A stretch of 64,000 nt of DNA from a virus (IMGVR_UViG_2706796290_000001:34171-98170), one strand, 5' to 3'. Shown: positions 10,291-19,488, counted from the first letter of the stretch. Notes: generated by a model not told the origin, from the letters alone. Numbers and translations are program-made.

Positions 10291-10857
10291 ATGGCAACAA
10301 CTTTTCTAGAGGAAACTGTAGAAGTTTCAATTTCTCGTGAAGAGGCACCAACAACCTCTTCAGGGGTTGACCTAAGAAATATTTTAATTGTTAGCAACAA
10401 CCCTAGATATTCAGATAGTCATCGAACTTACTCATCTGTTTCTGAAATGAAAATGGATGGTTTTACCAGTGATGACTTCGCTTTAAAATTTGCTGCTCTT
10501 TACTTCCCAAACACAGCAATACCCTACGATAGACCAAAGCTTATTGTATCTGGTGGTGCTCTTCTAACGGATTACCATGAGTATGTTAACAAGATATCTC
10601 AAGTATTGCAATCAACAGATAACTTTGGATTGATTGTTACTGATGGTTTATATAGAGGCTTGACTGAGGAACAAGGTGCCAACTTTGTAATTAATGTTGC
10701 CCAGTATGTTGAAACTACTGAGAAGTTTTATGCAGTTTTTCTCGACAATAGATTTATGCCTGAATACAAACAATTCATCCATGCAGCTAGTGACAATGTT
10801 GTACTAACAGAATCACCTGAAGGATTATTGACAGAGAGTTCCTTTGTCAAAGAGTAA
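10291..10857 (+). CDS. Hypothetical protein (tail fiber assembly/chaperone position)
   Basis: 188-aa ORF translationally coupled to the fiber gene. Confidence 0.3.
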   Translation: MATTFLEETVEVSISREEAPTTSSGVDLRNILIVSNNPRYSDSHRTYSSVSEMKMDGFTSDDFALKFAALYFPNTAIPYDRPKLIVSGGALLTDYHEYVNKISQVLQSTDNFGLIVTDGLYRGLTEEQGANFVINVAQYVETTEKFYAVFLDNRFMPEYKQFIHAASDNVVLTESPEGLLTESSFVKE

Positions 10858-10883
10858 TTCAAGGCAGTTAAAAGGAGTTTAAC

Positions 10884-11558
10884 ATGGACATTTTAAAATT
10901 TAACTCTCGTGGTGATTTAGTAGTTCACCTACAGAAAAAACTTGCATCATTAGGCTATAAGTTAAACCCAGATGGCATCTTTGGAAAGGACACTCAAGAA
11001 GCTGTTATTCATTTCCAAAGACAAAATGGCTTAACTTCTGATGGTATCGTTGGCAAGTTAACTTGGTCTATGTTGGACTCTAAAACTTCATCAATAGGTA
11101 AAACTAGAACAATTAGCCAAAACGGTATTGACTTTATAAAAAGTTTTGAGGGTTTAAGGCTACGTGCTTATGACGATGGTGTTGGGGTTATAACTATTGG
11201 TTATGGCACAACTCGTTATCCAAATGGTCATAAAGTTCAATTAGGCGATACCTGCACTGAAAAACAGGCAGAACAGTACTTAGCCAATGATTTAGTCAAG
11301 TTTGAAAAGGCTGTTAATGAACTAGTAAAAGTCCCAGTCAATCAAAATCAATATGATGCACTTGTTAGCTTCACATACAATGTTGGAGTAGGTGCATTAT
11401 CAACAAGTAAGGCTTTAAAGCTTTTAAATGCTGGTGATTACACTGGTTGTGCTAAAGCTATGCTTTCTTGGAATAAAGGTCGTGTTGGTGGAAAACTTGT
11501 TGAAATCGGTGGTCTAACCAGAAGAAGAAATGCAGAAAAAGATTTATTTTTAAAATAA
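10884..11558 (+). CDS. Endolysin: N-terminal PG_binding_1 domain plus GH24 (T4-type) lysozyme
   Basis: N-terminal LASLGY...DGIFG...DGIVG peptidoglycan-binding repeat. Catalytic E/D/T triad context SFEGLRLRAYDD...GYGTT. Strong RBS AAAGGAG. Confidence 0.85.
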   Translation: MDILKFNSRGDLVVHLQKKLASLGYKLNPDGIFGKDTQEAVIHFQRQNGLTSDGIVGKLTWSMLDSKTSSIGKTRTISQNGIDFIKSFEGLRLRAYDDGVGVITIGYGTTRYPNGHKVQLGDTCTEKQAEQYLANDLVKFEKAVNELVKVPVNQNQYDALVSFTYNVGVGALSTSKALKLLNAGDYTGCAKAMLSWNKGRVGGKLVEIGGLTRRRNAEKDLFLK

Positions 11559-11579
11559 AAAGGATACAAGGAGAGATTT

Positions 11580-11861
11580 ATGGCTGATGTTTTAGTATCA
11601 GGTATCAAAATTTCAGAAATGGAATTAGTTAACGATGTAACAGGAGCTGAGAAAGTACCTACAGATCAAACAGGTGATAAAGCTATTAATATTGACCAGA
11701 TATTAGCTTATGTTAATAGCAAGGTGAAACCTGTTTGGGGAAACATTCAAGGTGATATTGATCAGCAAACTGACTTGATTGACATCATAACTGCTCAAAA
11801 TGCCACATTGATAAATGAAATTGAACAGCTTAAACTTAGAGTTACACAACTAGAAACTTAA
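11580..11861 (+). CDS. Hypothetical protein with C-terminal coiled coil
   Basis: 93 aa with RBS AAGGAG. No TM segment. Confidence 0.35.
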   Translation: MADVLVSGIKISEMELVNDVTGAEKVPTDQTGDKAINIDQILAYVNSKVKPVWGNIQGDIDQQTDLIDIITAQNATLINEIEQLKLRVTQLET

Positions 11862-11865
11862 AAAG

Positions 11866-11917
11866 AAACCCCTGAAGGAATTCCTTCCCCTGAAGGAATT
11901 CCTTCAGGGGTTTTTCT
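11866..11917. terminator. Bidirectional rho-independent terminator between convergent late and RNR genes (tandem palindromes)
   Basis: Perfect 24-nt palindrome CCCCTGAAGGAATTCCTTCAGGGG at 11887-11910 followed by TTTTT. It is preceded by a partial copy. Confidence 0.65.
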
Positions 11918-11936
11918 ATGGCTAAAAATTTATGAT

Positions 11937-14708
11937 TTATTGACAGTTATCACATTCTTCATGTCGCTTAATATCACCAGATCCCCTCATAGAGTAGATG
12001 TAATATAAAGCTAAGATACCTGCATTTTCCAAAGCATATTTGTGAACCTTCATAATATACTCTGGAGTGTCATTACTTGTAAAATACAAGTTGATTGACT
12101 GTTGCTGATCAATATATTGTTGTCGTTGTGCACACAAATCCAAATGTTTGATCATGTCAATCTCAAAGGCAGTTCTAAAGACATCCTTCTCATGCTGAGT
12201 CAACCAGTGAACATGTTGTACAGAACCTTTATGCTTATTGATGTCATTGATTACGTCTTCATTGTAAACACCACGTTCCTTCATGATCTCTAGAAGGACC
12301 TTATTAACCCTCCAGATATCCCCTCCAGCACTCTGCTTAACGAACACCATTGCAACATCCAGACCAATACCTTCAGAAGCACCAGCCATAATCTCTGCTG
12401 TTGACTTTGTAGGTGGCATCATCATGGTAGTGGCATTACGGATTCCTAAATGAGCACACCCTTCAGGCATACCAACTTCACGAGCTAGCCACTTAGAAGC
12501 AGCTAAGGTTTGGTCTCTCATACCCTTAAAGATTTCTTCATTTAACCAGAAGCTCTCAAGGCTACCTACCACAATTCTACGTTTTTGTAGTAGTGTGTGG
12601 AAACCTAGTACACCTGTACCAACTGCACGGAATCTCTTGGTGAAGGCTAAGATTTTTCTAAATGCCAAGGCATCCTCTTTATCTTGAGCCATTCTCGTTT
12701 CCATGAACTCAATGTAGTCACTCACATTACAGTCTTGCATAACATGCGCAATAAATGCTAAGTGAGGACATCTTGATTTCCACTCATCGTATAAGTCAAG
12801 GTTCAAGTTTAGAATTACACAAGAGAATGTATGCTTCTCATCACTACCAAGTAACACTTCTTGGCAATTCATTGTATTCAAACCATTGAACATCAACATG
12901 TTACGTTTTGGCTCAAGTGCACAATATGTATCATCAAATCTTCCTTGGTCGATCACTTCATCAACACATACAAATCTTTCAGCAGAACGTTGAGGTTTTC
13001 TTTCACTCCATTTTAGGCGGTGTGTTTTTAAACCTAACTGACTCAACTTAAAGAGACCTGTACTCGATACAAGAAGACGATAAGCATCTTGGCATTCATA
13101 CAGTCCTTTATCACCTGTACCATTATTGAGAGGTAATTCTTTTAGACCACCTACATCCCTCAAGACAACCTTTGAAGAAACACCAAGTGTTTGTAACATC
13201 AATTGCACATCTTGTAAGAATGTCTTGTGAATGCTTACCACTTGGATAGATTCATTTTCACCATTACGAGCAATAGTTCCATCTGAATCTAGGAGTCCAG
13301 CAAACCATTCCAATCGGCTTTCAACAGTGTACTCAGATGTTGGTACAAAGAATTTATCCTTAAGCCCTTCACTGTGAGTAAGCTTAATACGATCACCACC
13401 TTGAAGTCCTGACACTGAAGAAACGCAAGTTATATTTTCAAGTAACTCCTTCTTCTTACCATACAAGTATGTGTGTTTTTTACCTTTGTATTCAAAACCA
13501 TCACCAGTGAAGAATCCATTAGTGTAAGCATGTCCGAGGGTCTTGTCACCTAAAATAACTGGTAGATCAAATTTAGATAGTCGATCACCAGACTTCAACT
13601 CGTAGGCACGTTTAATGACCTCATTGCCATCCTCACCAACAACCTTAAAGCGGTGATACTCTGTGCAATCTAATTCATACCCTGAATCAGTTACCACTTT
13701 AACTAACTTCTGATTTTCACCAGTTTTGATAATTGTCACTTCAGACCATTCAAAACCATTCCACACCTCGACCTGTTGTCCCTCAAGGTCAGAAATCGTT
13801 TGATATCCACCTTTAGTTAAGATTAATGTCTCAGGTGCAACACACAAATTAGAAGCTTTCGCTGTCATACCTGCATCTTTAAATGCCTGAGCTAAGTGGC
13901 GGTTCATTTCATCAATCTTAGTGAAGTAACCCTTACCACGCTGCATCTTGATAGCAATAGCTTTAGCTAATAGGGCAACTGCTTCTGGGTCATCCTTGAC
14001 TAACTTCTCAATGTACTCGTCCTTACATAACCATGCTGGGTTATTACTTTCAGGTCGTTTGAATAGGTACTTTAAAACTTCCTCAAACTCAGGATGTTCA
14101 ATACTAACAGCATAAGATAAACTACCTCTACGGCTACCTTGAACAACCTCATCCATACAATTAATCAAGTCACGAATGACAGGCATCACCCCACCACCAT
14201 AACCACCTCTAGGCAGTTTCTTACCTTTATAGGCCCAGTCATCAACTGAGTAAGATGTACCATGCGAGTGCTTAGTCAAGATACCTGCTTCAGTCACACA
14301 ATCGTAACGAGAGAACAAGTTGTCACCAACATAACCACCAGCACAACTTACTGTTGACCCCCTTTCAGGTAAACCACTGTTCGCCAATAAAGGAGTTGAA
14401 CAAGACACATAACCATCCCAAAGTACGTCAAAAAACACTTCCTCCCAAGTTTTACCAGCCGTATAAGTATCCACATTCCACCAAGAAGGGTACTTATCTG
14501 GTGCATGTTTAGCTAAAGTCTTAGCAATCATTTTATAGCGAGATTTTACAGTCTCACCATTCCAAGAATATTTTTCAAAGAACAATTGAGTACCACCAGT
14601 GGTAAACCATTTAGGGATCTCTCCATGTTCTTGTAGTTTTTTTCTGAGTTGACTGTAACTATCAACCCCGTATAATTCCAATGTTTCTAAATAAGATAAA
14701 ACAGCCAC
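11937..14708 (-). CDS. Ribonucleotide reductase large (catalytic) subunit, interrupted by an intein
   Basis: Loop-1 Cys context PLLANSGL...VSCAGG. After conceptual splicing the active-site motif SNL-C-QEV is restored. C-terminal CxxC tail ECDNCQ. Confidence 0.85.
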   Translation of the reverse strand: MAVLSYLETLELYGVDSYSQLRKKLQEHGEIPKWFTTGGTQLFFEKYSWNGETVKSRYKMIAKTLAKHAPDKYPSWWNVDTYTAGKTWEEVFFDVLWDGYVSCSTPLLANSGLPERGSTVSCAGGYVGDNLFSRYDCVTEAGILTKHSHGTSYSVDDWAYKGKKLPRGGYGGGVMPVIRDLINCMDEVVQGSRRGSLSYAVSIEHPEFEEVLKYLFKRPESNNPAWLCKDEYIEKLVKDDPEAVALLAKAIAIKMQRGKGYFTKIDEMNRHLAQAFKDAGMTAKASNLCVAPETLILTKGGYQTISDLEGQQVEVWNGFEWSEVTIIKTGENQKLVKVVTDSGYELDCTEYHRFKVVGEDGNEVIKRAYELKSGDRLSKFDLPVILGDKTLGHAYTNGFFTGDGFEYKGKKHTYLYGKKKELLENITCVSSVSGLQGGDRIKLTHSEGLKDKFFVPTSEYTVESRLEWFAGLLDSDGTIARNGENESIQVVSIHKTFLQDVQLMLQTLGVSSKVVLRDVGGLKELPLNNGTGDKGLYECQDAYRLLVSSTGLFKLSQLGLKTHRLKWSERKPQRSAERFVCVDEVIDQGRFDDTYCALEPKRNMLMFNGLNTMNCQEVLLGSDEKHTFSCVILNLNLDLYDEWKSRCPHLAFIAHVMQDCNVSDYIEFMETRMAQDKEDALAFRKILAFTKRFRAVGTGVLGFHTLLQKRRIVVGSLESFWLNEEIFKGMRDQTLAASKWLAREVGMPEGCAHLGIRNATTMMMPPTKSTAEIMAGASEGIGLDVAMVFVKQSAGGDIWRVNKVLLEIMKERGVYNEDVINDINKHKGSVQHVHWLTQHEKDVFRTAFEIDMIKHLDLCAQRQQYIDQQQSINLYFTSNDTPEYIMKVHKYALENAGILALYYIYSMRGSGDIKRHEECDNCQ
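12867..13844 (-). mobile_element. Intein (326 aa) with double-motif LAGLIDADG homing endonuclease, inserted at the RNR active-site Cys
   Basis: Starts CVAPETLILTKGG right after SNL and ends ...NGLNTMN before C+1 (CQEV). LAGLIDADG motifs NGFFTGDGF and WFAGLLDSDGT. Codon boundaries were checked at the nucleotide level. Confidence 0.8.
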
Positions 14709-14718
14709 AAATACCTCC

Positions 14719-15282
14719 TTACTTACTTCCTTGTAATCCTTTATTATCTTCTGAATCTTCCATGATCAGATTCAAGAGTTCTTCTTGTTCCTCTTGTTCT
14801 TTCTTCCTCATATTATTCCAAGCTTCTACAAACATAGCCTCAGACCAGTTACTTTCATACTCTCGGTTTTGACCCTTAGTGAAGAAATCTGGCATCTGGT
14901 AACCGTATGTATTTAAGTTAAACATCTTAGCCACTTTAGAATCCTTCTGAGTAACTTGGAACTCTTTAGGGATTTTATCTACAGGAACCTGCAAACGAGT
15001 CAAGAAAGTAAAGATTCGGAAGCGCACAAAATCAATGTACTCGGCTGTTGTATACCCATTGAGTGAACCTGAAGGGATTGCCATATCAATGATTCGCTTC
15101 TCATGCTCTAACACGTAGTGGCAAGCTTGTAGTAACTTTCCAAACATTTCTTCATGCTCATGTAGAGGTTTTCCTACTTCATGGAAATAGGTGTTAAAAT
15201 GTTCTGCGGCGTAAATTCCATGCAACATGGGTTGTTCAGGTGTGCTCGTTACACACACCCCGTAGAGTACTTCACCACTCAA
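14719..15282 (-). CDS. nrdB: Ribonucleotide reductase small subunit (NrdB-like), 3' exon
   Basis: Segment IPSGSLNGYTTAEYIDFVRFRI aligns with the NrdB C-terminal region (GLNKDILCQYVEYITNIRM). The exact splice junction was not resolved. Confidence 0.55.
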   Translation of the reverse strand: MSGEVLYGVCVTSTPEQPMLHGIYAAEHFNTYFHEVGKPLHEHEEMFGKLLQACHYVLEHEKRIIDMAIPSGSLNGYTTAEYIDFVRFRIFTFLTRLQVPVDKIPKEFQVTQKDSKVAKMFNLNTYGYQMPDFFTKGQNREYESNWSEAMFVEAWNNMRKKEQEEQEELLNLIMEDSEDNKGLQGSK

Positions 15283-16078
15283 GTACTCACAGCTTACACT
15301 TTCATGTAAGATCAGACTATATCATCACCACAAGGTTTTACTTGTTGTGGTGCTTCCCACTTCGGTCTTACTTAAGACCTACTCCCCGAAGGGATAGTCG
15401 TTGAGGATTCTAAACCTAATTCCAACCACAAAGCTTTCCAACGTTTTTTATGCCTAATTAACGAAACATATCTACTGTGTATTCCAAAAACTCTAGAGAT
15501 CTGTTTGTTAGTAAAACCTGCTAAGCACATACGAATAACCTTTTCAGCATCATCCTTTGTCAGTTTAACAGTCGAGTTCCTATATCTAGCACCACTTAAC
15601 GAGACATTTTTATTGGGATTTTCCCAAAAATTACGATAGTGGTGATGCACATTATCCTCTTGTTTTACAACCTCTAAATTTTCTATACAATTGTTTAGCT
15701 TGTTAGCATCAATATGATTTATTACAAATCCCTTTGGTATAACACCTTTGATGCACTCCCAAACGAATCTGTGACCATTTTCAGTCACACCATTGAATTC
15801 ATATTGCCGATAACCTGTAGTTGATAAACAGCCTCTCATAAGCTGTCCTCTCTTTCCATACACATTTCCAAATACATCGCAACTGTATCCAGAAAATTTT
15901 GGATGTTTAAATTTTTCCATAATTACCTCCATAATAAGAGGTTGGAATTAGGTTTAGCTTTCCTGCTGATTGCCCAATACTTTAGATTTTTACTCAGTGT
16001 TTAAATTTTTCAACACTTCAGTACTAAAGTCTCTAAGGGGTTTCCAGCATTTCAAGAAGTTTATTGAGGACTTGCAAA
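15283..16078 (-). mobile_element. Putative group I intron splitting the nrdB-like gene, carrying an HNH homing endonuclease ORF
   Basis: The two NrdB-homologous ORFs are co-oriented and collinear, separated by about 0.8 kb. Exon 1 is terminated by an in-frame TAA right at the boundary. An internal free-standing HNH ORF is present. Structured flanks include the CACCACAAGG...CTTGTTGTGGTG hairpin. Boundaries are approximate. Confidence 0.5.
15372..15932 (-). CDS. HNH homing endonuclease (intron-encoded)
   Basis: HNH_3 motif NHIDANKLNNCIENLEV. N-terminal FSGYSCDVFGNVYGKRGQLMRGCLSTTGYRQYEF, typical of phage HNH HEGs. C-terminal HTH-like region. Confidence 0.8.
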   Translation of the reverse strand: MEVIMEKFKHPKFSGYSCDVFGNVYGKRGQLMRGCLSTTGYRQYEFNGVTENGHRFVWECIKGVIPKGFVINHIDANKLNNCIENLEVVKQEDNVHHHYRNFWENPNKNVSLSGARYRNSTVKLTKDDAEKVIRMCLAGFTNKQISRVFGIHSRYVSLIRHKKRWKALWLELGLESSTTIPSGSRS

Positions 16079-16846
16079 TTAATCCTCATCTAGTGCACTC
16101 TGATTAGCAATTTGGGCAATAACTTTAATTAAGTTAAAACCGTTTGTCTGGAAGCTCTTAAGGATAGCAAAGCTAGAGAATAACAAAGCTGTCTCTGTTA
16201 AAGAGAAGCACAAGCATGCAAGCATCTTGTTTTCATCTCGCATTAACCCATCTAACCATTCCATACGTTCATTGAGCACAGGGTCATCAATGTATGATGT
16301 GTAGTAATCATCGGTATCTAGTCCAAGTACAATGTTAATCTCATTGTATGTTCGTGCATGGACCATCAACTCAATCATTGCTAAGGCAGAAGCACCAGCA
16401 CGGGATTCATGTCGAGGGAATACTTTAATGAATAATCCATTCCAGAATTCATCACCAACAATTAATTCATACTGTAAGAATAAGTGTAGAACTGTTTTTA
16501 CTGCATGTAGTTGCTCTTTAGTTAGCACATACTCAAGTTCCATCTGGTCATTCTTGACTTCCATTTCACTCTTAAACCACATCTGCTCTTCAAGCTGCTG
16601 GTCAGCAATCTCAAGAATCTTTGGGTACTTAATCTCATAGCCACTATTGGGTGATGTAATACGGGTTTGCACTAACCCAGTTTTCTCTGAATTTAGTGTT
16701 TTGTTTATTGTCACATAAACGAATTTCCCTTCAGGGTTTTTCTCATCCTTGACATTGATGATTACCTTTCCAGTTGGTGGTGGTAAAAATCCAATCTTCT
16801 CAACCTGACCTTCGGTTAAATCTACCTCAATATTAATTTTAGACAT
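16079..16846 (-). CDS. nrdB: Ribonucleotide reductase small subunit (NrdB-like), 5' exon
   Basis: QMWFKSEMEV matches T4 FFWRPEEV. MIELMVHARTY is the E-x-x-H iron-ligand helix. FSLTETALLFSSFAILKSF matches the EAIRFYVSFACSFAF helix. Confidence 0.6.
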   Translation of the reverse strand: MSKINIEVDLTEGQVEKIGFLPPPTGKVIINVKDEKNPEGKFVYVTINKTLNSEKTGLVQTRITSPNSGYEIKYPKILEIADQQLEEQMWFKSEMEVKNDQMELEYVLTKEQLHAVKTVLHLFLQYELIVGDEFWNGLFIKVFPRHESRAGASALAMIELMVHARTYNEINIVLGLDTDDYYTSYIDDPVLNERMEWLDGLMRDENKMLACLCFSLTETALLFSSFAILKSFQTNGFNLIKVIAQIANQSALDED

Positions 16847-16892
16847 CTTAACTCCTTTTAATTTATAAAATTATAAATCATAAACTCCATGT

Positions 16893-16918
16893 AAAAGTAA
16901 GGCCACTCAATGGTGGCC
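16893..16918 (-). terminator. Rho-independent terminator after minus-strand gene 16926..17402
   Basis: Hairpin GGCCAC-TCAATG-GTGGCC followed by a U-rich tract on the minus strand. Confidence 0.4.
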
Positions 16919-16925
16919 CCTTCTG

Positions 16926-17402
16926 TTATTTACGTTTAATTCTTGCACTGGTAATTCGAGGTTTGTCTGAAGAGCGATGATACTCAATTTCAAAACCCAA
17001 ATCATTTAAGATGTCTGAAAATTCACGAGAGGTTAAATTGGAGTCAAACAATGGTACATCCTCACCATAATTCTTGACAACTTTAATACCTTGAATTTCC
17101 TTACGAGATACCTTTTCCAAGATTTCTTCACAAAATAACTTAGCGAATAAGTCACACAGTGTTTGTACTGCTGGTCGTTTCTCTGGGGTTCGAAAACCGT
17201 TCTGGTCCTCTAATGAGTGCCAACCCCACCAACGACCTTCACCAATGTCAGTCTGTGCAAATAAACTTCGAGTATTTCTTTTGTGATCCTGATAATGCCC
17301 AAGTCGAACAATAAAGTTATCTAGAGTATTCCCTGTCATGTCTACATAATTAGGACGTTTGGTAGGGTCTTTCTCTTGGACTTGGTTTACTGTTTCAATC
17401 AT
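16926..17402 (-). CDS. Hypothetical protein
   Basis: 158-aa ORF, first gene of the minus-strand nucleotide-metabolism transcription unit. No recognisable motif. Confidence 0.4.
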   Translation of the reverse strand: MIETVNQVQEKDPTKRPNYVDMTGNTLDNFIVRLGHYQDHKRNTRSLFAQTDIGEGRWWGWHSLEDQNGFRTPEKRPAVQTLCDLFAKLFCEEILEKVSRKEIQGIKVVKNYGEDVPLFDSNLTSREFSDILNDLGFEIEYHRSSDKPRITSARIKRK

Positions 17403-17800
17403 ATAGTCTCCTTATGAATTGTTTACATAATATGTAGGGATGATTTCTGGCACCACTACAAGTTGCAGGTATTGTAGTATGAATTAAATTTATAAAACAC
17501 CCCACACCTTTAGAAATTCTTAAAAGTTTACCTTGTTTGGTTGTTTGTTATACACAACACAAAGTTAAGGTATCCTCTTGATAAAACTTTTAGAGAATAA
17601 AAAAGGGCACCACCTTGAAGTAGTGCCCTAAAAGTTACCCTAGGAAATATTACTATAATAACCCCTGAGGCAAATTTTTTAAGTTTCCCTTATATTTATA
17701 GTACCCCAAAAAGCAATTTTGTCAATATGTAAACCACAAATATACTGATTGGAAATTTCGATTAAAAATTAAATATTAGTAAATTCTGTAAAAAATACAT

Positions 17801-17883
17801 CAGACTGATTTGATCAAATGCATTTTTTAAAAGTGAACATAACCAGTTCAAAATGGTTTTAACCAGACCGATTTGATCATATG
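17801..17883. promoter_or_regulatory. Pair of 20-bp direct repeats with palindromic TTGATCAA core in the divergent control region
   Basis: CAGACTGATTTGATCAAATG at 17801-17820 and CAGACCGATTTGATCATATG at 17864-17883, in the 600-bp AT-rich intergenic region between divergent genes. Confidence 0.4.
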
Positions 17884-17930
17884 TTCTAATAAGGTAATAA
17901 ATAGGGTTTTAAATATGTTTCTTTTTTAAG

Positions 17931-17959
17931 TTGACAGAGAAAAAAATTTTTTATAAAGT
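17931..17959 (+). promoter_or_regulatory. Sigma70-like promoter for the rightward early/replication transcription unit
   Basis: TTGACA-N17-TAAAGT. Confidence 0.35.
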
Positions 17960-18006
17960 TATCCACATCCAAAGATGGTTGATTGGTATAAGTAAGGAGA
18001 ATTTTC

Positions 18007-18741
18007 ATGTTTAAAGGTTTTTTAACAGATGTGGCAAAAGAAGCTGGTGTTGGTCCTGCAATTCTTTTAAATCAGTTGCACCAATGGGTTAAGTCTACTG
18101 GAAACCAGAAGATTTATAGATCAAACGCCCAACTACATGAAGACCTTGATGGAGTTCTTTCAGTAGCAGCTATTCAACGTCATAAGGTAAAACTTATCGA
18201 ATGTGGATACATTATCGTTTCTCACGATAAAGGAACTATTCGTACTACTACTTACCAATTAACTGAGAAGGCTTTGAAATCTTTAGGTGCTTTCTTTGAC
18301 AAAGCTAAAGACAAAGTTAAACAAGCCTTCCAACCTAAGAAGCCTAAAGAAAATAAACAACCTAAACAACAAGTTCCAGCACAACTTAAAGAGGAACCAG
18401 TAAAGCAAAGCACTGAGAAACCAACCTCTATGGAAGAAGAGTTTAAGAAAGCTGGTCAAGAACGTAAGGACCGCCCTAGAGGTTGCCCTAAAGAACTTCT
18501 TAAAGGTATCTTTATGGGTGCTAAGAAAGAAGAGGAAAAACAAGAAGATGTTGTTTATGAAGACAATTCTGAAGAACTCTTTGGAAATAAATTTGAAGAT
18601 CAAGACTTGAGTGATGAAGAGATCTTTGATAAAATGAGTAAAACTCTTGGTGGTTTATTTAAGACTATCCCTAATGTGGATAAAAGAAATTCAAACCTTC
18701 AATCTATGACTAACTTTGGTAACTTCAGAGAAGAGTACTAA
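18007..18741 (+). CDS. DNA-binding protein (N-terminal HTH) with K/E-rich low-complexity C-terminal half
   Basis: HTH-like LTDVAKEAGVGPAILLNQLHQW. Strong RBS AAGGAG. Confidence 0.4.
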   Translation: MFKGFLTDVAKEAGVGPAILLNQLHQWVKSTGNQKIYRSNAQLHEDLDGVLSVAAIQRHKVKLIECGYIIVSHDKGTIRTTTYQLTEKALKSLGAFFDKAKDKVKQAFQPKKPKENKQPKQQVPAQLKEEPVKQSTEKPTSMEEEFKKAGQERKDRPRGCPKELLKGIFMGAKKEEEKQEDVVYEDNSEELFGNKFEDQDLSDEEIFDKMSKTLGGLFKTIPNVDKRNSNLQSMTNFGNFREEY

Positions 18742-18767
18742 GGCTTGTTGATTAATAATCGGAGAAA

Positions 18768-19397
18768 TTGATAATGACTAAACATAAAATCGGAAAACCT
18801 GATTTCTGTCAGAATTATCCTGAATTAAATAAAGCTTTTGATGAAGAGCTTCAGAGTCTATGCCGTGAAGAAGACGAAAAGACTGTGAACATTAGGAAAG
18901 CTTTCGAAAATTTCAAACCATTCCTAACACAAGCTATTTATGGGACCACTGAGTGTGTAGACCCTAGAGTCCGTGTGTTGGCACAGGCTGGATATGGTTT
19001 TGGTACTAAGAATTGGCGTTTTTATTATGAAGATATTTTAGAAAATGCTCTTGAGTATGCCAGTGAAAAACTGAGTGCTGATGAGTATGAAGATGTTCGT
19101 GCAATGAAGGAAACTTTCTTAGGTGAGGACTTGATAGAGCAGCACTGTCAAGATATGCTAAGAGAATTTTACGGATATGATTACAAAGTTTATTGTTCAG
19201 AGTTTTACCGCTACTTTATACGAGATATGAGTTTAGTTGAAGAGGCTTATTTCTTTACTTTTGCAAATGTTGCTGGTTGGGGTGTTTGGTTTATTGTTAA
19301 ATTACTTATTGGTATTCCTTGGGCAATTCTAGTTTTTGTACTTTATGTAGTTTTTGGAGGCTTGGAAAGAATTTATAATATTATTTTTAAAAAGTAG
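18768..19397 (+). CDS. Hypothetical protein with C-terminal TM helices
   Basis: 209-aa ORF. C-terminal hydrophobic GWGVWFIVKLLIGIPWAILVFVLYVVF. Confidence 0.4.
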   Translation: MIMTKHKIGKPDFCQNYPELNKAFDEELQSLCREEDEKTVNIRKAFENFKPFLTQAIYGTTECVDPRVRVLAQAGYGFGTKNWRFYYEDILENALEYASEKLSADEYEDVRAMKETFLGEDLIEQHCQDMLREFYGYDYKVYCSEFYRYFIRDMSLVEEAYFFTFANVAGWGVWFIVKLLIGIPWAILVFVLYVVFGGLERIYNIIFKK

Positions 19398-19426
19398 TTG
19401 ACATTGTTTTCTACCTTATCTAATAT
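19398..19426 (+). promoter_or_regulatory. Sigma70-like promoter (AAAAGTAGTTGACA family)
   Basis: TTGACA 19398-19403, N17, TAATAT 19421-19426. Confidence 0.5.
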
Positions 19427-19488
19427 ACACACATCAGGTAGAGATACCTACCTAATTAATAAACAAGATATCCTAAGAGGAAACTTAA

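Noticed and set aside
14681-14872. Plus-strand ORF 14681..14872 spanning the RNR/nrdB junction.
   Set aside because: It overlaps the ends of two convergently better-supported minus-strand genes, has low-complexity Ser-rich translation and no RBS.
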